From the NCBI RefSeq assembly GCF_963921235.1, contig NC_086108.1, positions 65,474,001-65,538,000 on the forward strand: 64,000 nt of DNA, written 5' to 3'. Origin of the DNA: Mobula hypostoma (lineage: Eukaryota). Both the position numbers and the translations under genes were made by a program. The notes beneath the pieces were generated by a model. The model worked only from the letters and a program-made list of their open reading frames with translations. It was not told where the DNA came from and made no database searches. The stretch's first letter is position 1. Each line of letters starts with the position of its first letter. Positions 50,647-61,005 of the stretch are shown piece by piece.

Positions 50647-51814
50647 GTAAGAGAATTGTGCATGTCGTGCTGGAAAGATGATTGTTTAGATTGGGGGGTG
50701 GGGGAAGACTCTCTTATAAAATATATAATTTTAACCTGAGGAAATCAACATCTGTTATGCAAGCGAGGAGTAATTTTGAAGCAAATTTGACCATTAAGAT
50801 TGCAAAGCATGTTCAATATTACATCATTGCTATATTAACAAGTAATAAAAATGTCATTAAGAAATTAATGATTTTGTAGACAGGAAAGGTGTAATAACTT
50901 GAAATTAATCACTCATACATGTAATATAATTTTATCAGGATACCAGTTACACCACCAGAATCAGTCCATCTTTTTTTTTCTAAAAGAAAGACAGGCACTA
51001 TTATTTTAAAGTTTTTATTTTTATACCGGAATCCCACTCAATGCAGATGTACTTACATAATCTCATTGACATTCTTTCTTGTGATTCCAGGCTGTTATAT
51101 AGATGGAATTAATTAGCTTAATTTTCTGCTAGAACAAGTAACAATGCATTAATAGCATTAATGAGCAGATGCTTTGAAGATAAATTTGAGTAGTGTTTTC
51201 TAGTAAAGCAACAACGTTCTATTATCAGTTTATGTGAAAACCCATATTTGGCTTCAACAGTATGAACCCTTTAGTGTGGAAATACAGTCAGAAACAAATT
51301 GAACTCTTTAACACGAATTCAGTGTTCAGATTATTATTGTGCAAATGTTACTCTGTTTTTACTGTTCTTGTATTTTAAGCTACCAAATGTATGAGATGTA
51401 TTAAATTTGAAACTTTAATTGTTAAATCATGTCTTTAATAGCCTCATATTCATACAGCAGGGTGTTAGTAGTCTGTAGATGTTATTGTTGTGTTATGAAT
51501 AGTTAAATACTAAGTAGACTTTATAGAAAATATAACATTCACCTTTCACCCTTTGCTATTTGTCAACTCGTGTTTGGGTCTGCTAGAAATGTGTTTATGT
51601 CTTACATGCAATGTATAAACTGTAGATTTCATACTCAGAAATGCTTTGTGTGTATTCAGGTTCTCAGTCATTAGCATTTGCATCATGTATATTTACAATA
51701 CGTTGGAGAAAATATTAATTAGCATGATTAATTTACCATGATATTATCACATCCTTTTGCCACGTGTGTTCCCACATTCCTGGGAAAAGGCCTGCATTTG
51801 AAATTTATCCTCAC

Positions 51815-53598
51815 TCCAATTCCATCAGAAGTGGAGAGAGTAGGCAGCTTCAAGTTCCTGGGTGTCTTTCTTTCTTTTTAAATCTTTTTATTAAATAAGT
51901 ATACAAAAAGGTAAGCCATATAGACACTAATACATTGTTAGAATATAATAAAATTACAGAAGATATTAATACAAAAAAAATACTATGAACAATGTAATTT
52001 AAACATAACATACCAAGGTAACATAATAGTATACTAATTTTATATATATATATATATATCAATAGAGAAAAAGAAAAAAACCCCCCCAAAAAAAACCCAC
52101 CGTGCAACTAACTAAAAGCAAAGCAAAGCAATGGGCTAACTTGAAACCAAACAGAGTTAAACTTAAAATCACGTCCTCAATCCCGACCTCCATTAAAAAC
52201 AGTAAAAAAAACCAAGAAGGGTATATATTACATTAAATGAAAATATTGAATAAAAGATCTCCAAGTCTGTTCAAATTTAAATGAGGAGTCATAAAGATTG
52301 CTTCTAATTTTCTCCAGATTCAAGCATAATATCGTCTGAGAAAACCAAAAAAAGGTAGTTGGAGCATTAAGCTCTTTCCAATGTTGTAAGATACATCTTT
52401 TCGCCATTAAAATAAGAAATGCAATCATTCTATGGGCTGAAGTGGAGAGATTACTGGAAATTTTAGGTAGTCCAAATATAGCAGTAATAGGGTGAGGAGA
52501 GATATCTATATTCAATACCTTGATAATATTAAAAATGTCTCTCCAAAAAGTTTCCAAAGTAGGGCAAGACCAAAACATATGAGTTAAAGAGGCTATCTGC
52601 CCCGGACATCTATCACAAAAAGGATTAATATGAGAATAAAAGCGCGCTAACTTATCTTTGGACATATGTGCTCTATGAACAACTTTAAATTGAATTAGGG
52701 AATGTTTAGCACAGATAGAGGAAGTATTGACTAATTGTAAAATCTGCCCCCAGTCATCCACGGAAATGGTAAACCCCAATTCCTGTTCCCAATCTACCCT
52801 AATCTTATCAAATGGAGCTTTCCTAAGTTTCATAATAATATTATAAATCATAGCCGATGCACCTTTCTGACATGGATTAAGGTTGATTATAGTATCTAAA
52901 ATGTATGTAGGAGGAAGCATAAGTTCCTGGGTGTCAAGATCTCTGAGAACCGAACCTGGTCCCAACATATCGATATAGTTATAAAGAAGACAAGACAGTG
53001 ACTATGCTGCATTAGGAGTTTGAAGAGATTTGGTATGTCAACAAATACACTCAAAAACTTCTATAGGTGTATCATGGAGAGCATTCTGACAGGCTGCATC
53101 ACTGTCTGGTATTGGGTGGGGACTACTGCACAGGACCAGAAGAAGCTGCAGAGGATTGTAAACCTAGTCAGCTCCATCTTGTGTACTAGCCTACAAAGTA
53201 CCCAGAACATCTTCAAGGAGTGGTGTCTCAGGAAGGCAGCGTCCATTATTAAGGACATCCAGCACCCAGGATTTGCCTTTTTCTCATTGTTACCATCGGG
53301 TAGGAGGTACAGATGCCCGAAGGCAGACACTCAGCGATTCAGGAACTGCTTCTTCCCCTCTGTCATCCAATTCCTAAATCGACATTGAACCATTGAACAC
53401 TACCTCACTTCTTAATATATATTATTTCTGTTTTTTTGCACGATTTTTAATCTATTCAATAAATGTATACTGTAATTGACTGATTTATATATTTTCTTTC
53501 TTCTATATTATGTTTTGCATTGAACTGCTGCTACTAAGTTAACAAGTTTCATGACACATGCCGGTGATAATAAACCTGATTCTGATTCTTATTCTGAC
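51815..53598 (+). mobile_element. Rex1/Babar-type LINE 3' part, interrupted by an L1
   Basis: ORF 53020..53388 reads NFYRCIMESILTGCITVWY...SGRRYR (DUF1891-like); tail AATAAACCTGATTCTGATTCT. Confidence 0.85.
51867..52920 (-). mobile_element. Young 5'-truncated L1-clade LINE, 15-bp TSD
   Basis: AAGTTCCTGGGTGTC is duplicated at 51852-51866 and 52921-52935. ORF 52228..52968 is nearly identical to the 35758 copy. Confidence 0.93.
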
Positions 53599-53657
53599 TT
53601 ATATATTGGATACTCTCATTGAATTTTTCCCATGGCTCAGAAAGAACGGTGAAAGTA

Positions 53658-53945
53658 GAATCAGAATCAGGTTTATTATCACCGGCATGTGACATGAAAT
53701 TTGTTAACTTAGCAGCAGCAGTTCAATGCAATACATAATCTAGCAGTGAGAAGAAAGATAATAAATAAAATAAAAATATAATAATAAATAAACAAGTAAA
53801 TCAATTACGTGTATTGAGTAGATTTTTTAAAACGTGCAAAAACAGAAATACTGTATTTTTTTAAAAAAGTGAGGTAATGTCCAAGGTTCAATGTCCATTT
53901 AGGATCTGGATGATAGAGGGGAAGAAGCTGTTCCTGAATTGCTGA
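53658..53945 (-). mobile_element. Rex1/Babar 3' end in inverted orientation to the preceding copy
   Basis: AGAATCAGAATCAGGTTTATTATCACCGGCATGTG is the reverse complement of about 53553-53589. Confidence 0.88.
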
Positions 53946-55074
53946 TTGCAAAGTCAAGGCGGTGGGGCCTGGACTCGCACCTGAGAGCAAGGAAAGACCT
54001 GAGGTTTGATTGATTTAAGTGCTGAGCTGAATTTGAAAAGTTTGGTGTGGGTCAAATTAAGTTGGTGGGACACTGACCCGAGAGCATATCAAAGTGGCAG
54101 GGTCCCAGTTGGAGAGCAAGATCTAGATGATGTAAGTGCCGGGCCAGATTAAAAAGGACAGGATGTCGGGGCCAGTTCAGATTGCTGCTCCATGAGACTT
54201 ACTCAACTCTGCACTGAACTTCAGCTTGCTGCTCCAAACTGTGACCTGCAGCTGTCACAGTGCGGGCTCACTTTTCTGAGCTACAGTTCTGAATGCTTTG
54301 CTTACTTCTATTGTTTGCACATTTGGTGTTGGATAGCCTTCTTTTGTTTTAATGAGTTCTATTGAGTTTCTTTGTTTTGTAGCTGCCTATAAGAAGGTGA
54401 ATCTCAAGGTTGTATACTTTGATAATAAATGTATTTTGTCACCTTGGCAACTTACAACACCACACATAATGGATAGTACTTTAGCCATGATGAATGAAGT
54501 GGAGGAAATGGATGTTTACATTATTAGATCACCTACTGCTAAAGTATACACATGCATGTGTGCCAGCTGCTGTTACTCTTCTGCATGGTTGACTTCACAG
54601 ATATGTTTGTTCGGGCCATAGATGTTTTGCTTAGTTCTGCAATATACTTTCTAAAATGCTGCCTACTGCTGCCCATAAAGAAAGTAATTGTTTAGGATAG
54701 AAAATTGGATGACTATCAGACAAGTTGCTTTGTTCTGATGATGTTCTGCACTTTGAATGTGGTTAATACTCACTTGCTTGGTTCCTGATCTTTGATGATG
54801 GGAACTTTGTTGGAAGCTGCAGCTCTCATCTTTGCTTATAACATGCACTGGATTCTGTCTGGATGAAGGGAACTGGAAATCTCTGTCAAAGCATCATTGA
54901 TCTCATCACATATCAGATATTCTATCACGTATCTGATAGACATACAGTACAGATGAAGGATGCTCTATCCTTGGAATTCCTTGACTTAGAAGGTGCTGAA
55001 TCTCATTGTAGCTAAATATGGCAGGAGTTCTTGGTGAAAGGTTAGAGATTCTGCACATTTATGGGAATCGTGAG

Positions 55075-55203
55075 CAACATACACAAATTGCTGGTGAATC
55101 TCACAAGTCAGGTGGCATCTATGGAGGAGAATAAACAGTCAACATTTTGGGCTGAGACCCTTCAACAGTCCTGGTGAAGAGTCTCAGCCTGAAGCATCAA
55201 CTA
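55075..55203. repeat. Inverted pair of degenerate pLTR hammerhead motifs
   Basis: AGTCAACATTTTGGGCTGAGACCCTTCAACAG-TC-CTGGTGAAGAGTCTCAGCCTGAAGCATCAACT. Confidence 0.65.
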
Positions 55204-57600
55204 TCAGAATCAGGTTTATTATCAGAAGCAGAGACAGGTTTAGTATCACTAACTTACTGGATGTCATGAAATTGTTTGTTTTGCAGTAGCAGTACAGTGC
55301 AATACATGAACATACTATAAATTGCAATAAGAAATACATATAGGAAATCAAGTAAGTGGTGCAAAAGGAGGACAAATATTGGGAGGTACTCTTCATGGGT
55401 TCATTGACCATTCAGAAATCTGATGGTAGAGGGAAAGAGACTTCCTAAAACATTGAGTGTGTGTATTTAGGCTTTTGTACCTTCTTCCTGATGGTGGCAA
55501 TGAAAAGCCGGTATGCCCCTGGTGGTGGGGGTCCTTGATGATGGATGCTGCCTTTTTTTGAGGAACCACCTTTTGAAAATGTCCTCAATGGCGGGGAAGC
55601 TGGTGACCATGAGGGAGCTGGTTGAGTCTACAACCCTCTGCAGCTTTATCTGGTCCTGTGCAGTGGCCCCTCCGTACCAGACAGTGACACAACCAGTTAG
55701 AATGCTCTCCACAGTACATCTGTAGAAATTTGTAAGAGTCTTTGGTGACATACCAAGTCTCCTTAAACTCCAGTTGAAATATATCCGCTGGCATGCTTTC
55801 TTTATAATTGCTTCAATGTGCTGGGCCCAGGATAGGTATTCTGAGATGCTGATGCACAAGAACTTAACTGCACATCCTTTCCACTTTTGACCCCTCAATG
55901 AGGACTGATGTGTGTTTCCTTGACTTTCCCTTCCTGAGGTCCACAATCAGTTCCTTGGTCTTACTGATGTTGAGTGCAAGGTGGTGGTTGTGACATCATT
56001 CAACCACTCAACTGTCTCGCTATATACACTTCCTCATCGTCATCAGAGATTCTGCTGACAACAACTGTGTCATAAGTGAATTTTTAGATGGAGTTTTGTG
56101 CTGTGCCGCATGGCACAGTTATGAGTGTAGAGGGAGTAGAGCAGTGGGCAAAGCATGAAGTTTGAGGTGCACTTGTGTAGCTTGTCAGCAAGGAGGAGAT
56201 GTTATTTCCTTTTCACACTGGCCATTGAGGAAGTTGATGACCCAGTTGCAGAGGAATTGTTAGAAGGCCTAGGTTTTGAAGGATTGATTGTAACTGAGGG
56301 GATGATGGTGTTGAACACCGAGCTGTAGTCAATAAACAGCAACCTGACCTAGGCTTTGCTGTTGTCCAGGTGATCCAAGGCAGAATGGAGAGCCAGTGAG
56401 AGTCCATCCACTGTAGACCTGTTGTAGTGGTAGGCTAATGGTAGTGAGTCCAGGTAGTTTCTTAAGCAGGAGTTAACTATAACCATGATCAGCATCTCAA
56501 AGTACTCAATCTCAGTAGATATGAGTGCTCTGGGTGATAGTCATTGAGACAGCTCACCCTGATCTTTTGGGCACAGGTATAATTGATACCTTTTTGAAGC
56601 AGGTGGAACCTCCAACTGCAGCAGTGAGAGATTGAACATGCCTTGGAAAACTCCAGCCAGTTGGTTTGACGTATGTCGTGAAAGTTGTCATTTTACAGTA
56701 GCAGTATAGTGCAAGATATAAACAAATTACCATATTACAATAAGAAGTATATAAGAAAGAAAGAAGGAAAGTGCAAACAAAAAGCAAAATAATGAGAAAG
56801 TGTTCATGGATTAATGGACCATTCAGAAATCTGATAATTGAAAGGAAAAAGCATTTCCTTAAACATTGGGTGTGCATCTTCAGTCTCATGTACCTGCTTA
56901 CTGATTACAGTAATAAGATGGTGAGGATCCCCAATTATGGATGCCACCTTCTTGAGGCAATGCCTTTAAAGCTGTCCTCAATGGAACAGAAACTAGTGCC
57001 CATGATGAAGTAGGCTGAGTGTACAACCTTCTGCAGCTTTTACTAATCCTGTGCATTAGAGCCTCCCCACTAGAATAGTTTGCTGGAGTTTTTGGATACC
57101 ATATCAATGCAACCTCCGAATGAAGTATAGCCACTGGCATACTTTCTTTGTGATTACATCATTATGTTGGACTCAAGATAGATCCTCTGAGATGTTGACA
57201 CCCAGCAACCTGATGCTGCTCAATTCCTGACCACTCAATGAGGTTTTGGTGTATGTTTTCCCGACTTCTTCTTCCTGAAATCCACAATCTATTCCTTAGT
57301 CTTTCTGACATTGAGTGCAAGGTTGTTCTTGTGATACCACTCCCCCAGCTGATCTTTCTCACTCCTGTATGTCTCTTTGTCACGATCTGAAATTATGCTG
57401 ACAATGGTTGTGTCATAAATCAATTTATTGATGGCATTTAATCTCTGCGTTGTCAAACTGTCACGAGTGTAGAGAGAATAGAGCAGTGGACTAAGCATAT
57501 ATCCTTTAAGTGTTCTTTTGTTGGTTGTCAGTGAAGAGGAAATGTTATTTCCGATCTGCACTAGCTGTGGTTTCCTTCTGAGGAAGTCAAGTATCCAATT
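55204..57600 (-). mobile_element. Two adjacent or nested Rex1/Babar-type LINE fragments (about 55204-56670 and 56670-57600)
   Basis: ORFs contain NFYRCTVESILTGCVTVWYG, KKVSIIPVPK, LSPLLYSLYT and NNLALNVRKTKE. Confidence 0.8.
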
Positions 57601-57909
57601 ATAAGACCATATGACGTAGGAGCAGAATTAGGCCATTTGGCCTATCAATTCTGCTCTGCCATTCAATCATGGCTGATCCTTTCCTTTCCCCTCATCAGCT
57701 CCACTCCCCAGCCTTCTCCTCGTACCTTTAATGCCATGGCCGATCAAAAACCTATTTATCTCTGCCTTAAGTACACCCAATGACTTTGCCTCCAAAGCTG
57801 CCTGTGGTAACAAATTCCACAAATTCACCACCCTCTGGCTAAACAAATTTCTCCCTATCTCTTTTAAATGGAATCCGCTGTAGCCTGAGGCTGTGTCCTC
57901 TTGTCCAAG

Positions 57910-58140
57910 GGGAGGGAACATCGACTCAAACCATGAGAGGCCTGCGGCGGGCATTTTCTTGCCTTACAAGGCGCAAGTTGGAAGTCTGTGTGGGGCGCCA
58001 CTCCTCACACAGACACTAGAGCAACGTGTGGTTAAGTGCCTTGCTGAAGGACACAAGCACGCTGCCACAGCTGAGGCTCGAACTAGCGACCTTCAGATCA
58101 CTAGACGAACACCTTAACCACTTGGTCACATGCCCAACAC
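57910..58140 (-). mobile_element. tRNA-derived CORE-type SINE
   Basis: Minus strand: A box TGACCAAGTGG, B box AGTTCGAGCC, core-like TGTGTCCTTCAGCAAGGCACTTAACC. Flanked by TTGTC(C/T)AAG duplication. Confidence 0.75.
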
Positions 58141-58933
58141 TTGTCTAAGACTCCCCCACAATGGGAAACATCCTTTCCACATCTACTCTGTCTAGGCCTT
58201 TCAACATATGAAAGGTTCCAATGAGATCGCCCCTCATCCTTCTACAGGCCCAGATAATCAAACGTTCCTCATATGATAACCCTTTCATTACCAAAATCAT
58301 CCTTGTGAACCTCCTCTGAACCCTCTGTAATGCCAGCACATCTTTTCTTAGATGAGGAGCCCAAACCTGTTCACAAAACTTAAGGTGAGGCCTCACAAGT
58401 GCCTTATAAAGCCTCAATATCATATCCCCGCTCTTATATTCCATACCTCTTGAAATAAATGCTAACATTGCATTTGCCTTCCTCACCACTGACTCAATCT
58501 GTAAGATAACCTTTAGGGTGTCTGCACAAGGATTTCCAAGTCCTTCGCATCTCAGGTTTTTGGATTTTCTCCCTGTTTAGAAAACAGTTTGCACATTTAC
58601 TTCTACCAAAGTGCATGACCATGCATTTTCCAAAATTGTATTTCATTTGCCACTTTCTTTCCCATTTCCTCAACACTTCTGCCCATCCACCAATTTTTGT
58701 ATCATCTGATGATCAAACTTGGCACCAAAGCTATCTGTTACATCACCTAAATCACTCATATAAAGCATAAACAGAAGTGGTCCCAACACTGACCCCTATG
58801 GGACACCACTAGTCACTGGCAGCAAACCAGAAAAGGATCCTTTTATTTGCACTTGCTGCCTCCTACCAGTCAGCCAATGCTGTAATTATGCCAGTAACTT
58901 TCCTGTAATACCATGGGTTCTTAACTTGGTAAG

Positions 58934-59209
58934 TGTGGCGTGTGGCCAAGTGGTTAGGGCGTTGGACTAGCAATCTGAAGGTCATGGGTTCAAGCTTCGG
59001 CCGGGGCAGCGTGTATGTCCTTGAGCAAGGCACACAATGCTCCAGTCTACCCAGCTGAGAATGGGTACCGGCAAAAATGCTAGGGGTTAACCTCATGATA
59101 CACTGGCATCCTATCTGGGGTGGGGAGGGGGGTTGTCTTGTACTCTCAGTTCCTTCACGCCACGGAAGTGTCGGCCTGATGGGCCACAAAGGGTCGTGAC
59201 AGACTTTAA
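58934..59209 (+). mobile_element. tRNA-derived CORE-type SINE with 15-bp TSD
   Basis: A box TGGCCAAGTGG, B box GGTTCAAGC, core-like TGTCCTTGAGCAAGGCAC. TCTTAACTTGGTAAG is duplicated at 58919-58933 and 59210-59224. Confidence 0.85.
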
Positions 59210-60527
59210 TCTTAACTTGGTAAGCAAGCTTATGTGTGGCACCTTGTTAAAGACCTTCTGAAAGTCCAAATATACAACATCTACTGTATCCCCTTTATCT
59301 ATCCTACTTGTAATCTCCTCAAAGAATTCCAACAGGTTTGTCAGACAAGATTTTCCCTTAAGAATGCCATGCTGACTTTGTCCTATCTTGTCCTGTGTCA
59401 CCAAGTACTCCATAACCTCATCCTTAACAATTGACTCCAACATCTTCTCAACCACCGAAGTCAGGCTAAATGGTCTATAATTTGCTTTCTGCTGCCTCTC
59501 TCCGTTCCTAATGGGTGGAGTAACATTTGCAATTTTCCAGTCCTCCGGAACCATACTAGAGTCCAATGATTTTTTGAAAGATCATGACTAATGCCTCCAC
59601 AGTCTTTAATTCTACCTCTTTTAGAACCCTAGGTTGCAGTTTATCTGGTCGGGGTGACTTATGTACCTTCAGGTCCTTCAGCTTTTTGAGCACCTTCTCC
59701 CTTGTAATATAACTGCACTCACTTCTCTTTCCTCTCACACTTCAACACCTGGCACACTGCTAGTGTGTCTTCCACAGTGAAGACTGATGCAAAATACTCA
59801 TTTAGTTCATCTGCTATCTCCTTGTCCCTGTTGTTATTTCTCCAGCCTCATTTTCTAGCAGTTCCATATCCACTCTCATCTCACAGTTACTTTTTATATA
59901 CTGAAAAAGCTTTTTCTATCCACATCGATATTGTTTACTTGCTTGCTTTCATATTTCATCTTTTCCCTCTTAATGATTCTTTCAGTTGCTTTCTGTAGGT
60001 TTTTAAACGCTTCCCAATCTTTTATCTTCGCACTAATTTTTGCTTTGTTGTATGCCTTTTCTTTTACTTTTACATTAGCTGTACTTTTGTACTATTGCCA
60101 TGGTTGTCAGCCACAGATGTACTATTTTGCCATTGTTTCCTTGTTTGTTCACCTTCCTTGTTTTCCCAGAACTGCAAGCCATTGCTGCCTTGTGCCTTCC
60201 CTGTCAGCATCTCCTTCCAATTTTCTGGCAAACTTCTCTCTCGTACTGCTTTAATTTCTTTTACTCCACTGAAATACTGCTACGTCAGACTTTGCTTTCT
60301 CCCTATCAAATTTCAAGTTGAACTCAATCATATTGAGATCACTGGTTCCTAAGGGTTCTTTTACCTTAATCTTCCTAATTGCCTGCAGTTTATTACATAA
60401 CAGCCAATCCAGTATAGCTGATCCCCTGGATGGCTCAACAACAACCTGCTCTAAAAAGCCATCTCATAGGCATTCAACAAACTCACTCTCTTGAGATCCA
60501 TTACCAACCCTATTTTCCCAATCTACC

Positions 60528-60620
60528 AACACACATCAAAATTGCTGGTGAACGCAGCAGGCCAAGCAGCATCTGTAGGAAGAGGTGCAGTCGACGTTTC
60601 AGGCCGAGACCCTTCGTCAG
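60528..60620 (-). mobile_element. Penelope-like pLTR fragment truncated at the hammerhead core
   Basis: Minus strand reads CTGACGA-AGGGTCTCGGCCT-GAAACGTC-GACT, but the 5' strand of stem I is replaced by Rex-like sequence. Confidence 0.75.
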
Positions 60621-61005
60621 CACGTTGATTAGTACTGAGAGGATTATGGTATTGAACGCTGAACTGTAGACAATAAACTGCAGCCTGATGTTGGTATTGG
60701 TGTTGTCCAGGTGATCCAAGGCAGAGTGGAGAGCCAGTGAGATTGCATCCACTGTAGACCTGTTGTGATGGTAGGCTAATTGCAGCAGGTCCAGGTCCTT
60801 TCTCAGTCAAGAGTTAATTCTAGTGATCACCAACCTCTCAAAGCACTTCATCACAGTAGGTGTGATTGCAACTGGGTGATAGTCATTGAGGTAGCTCACT
60901 CGGTTCTTCTTGGGCACTGGTATGATTGATGCCCTTTTGAAGACGATGAGAACCTCTGGCTGCTGCGGTGAGGGGTTGAAGATGTCATTGAACACTCCGG
61001 CCAGT
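60621..61005 (-). mobile_element. Rex1/Babar-type LINE RT fragment
   Basis: ORFs contain FKRASIIPVPKK..LNDYHPVAITPTVMKCFERLV and DAISLALHSALDHLD..YSSAFNTI. Confidence 0.85.

Larger units (their letters stand above)
57601..60525 (-). mobile_element. CR1 LINE (degenerate ORF2) carrying two SINE insertions
   Basis: ORFs contain VPEDWKIANVTP, YLDFQKVFNKVPH and LYKALVRPHL; tail ATAAGACCAT. Confidence 0.9.

Noticed and set aside
58934..59010. tRNA-like sequence (also at 58065-58140, minus strand)
   Set aside because: These are SINE heads followed by core and tail domains and flanked by TSDs, not tRNA genes.
59168..59205. GGCCTGATGGGCC...GGGTCGTGACAGAC in the SINE tail as a hammerhead
   Set aside because: It lacks both the CUGAnGA and GAAA core.
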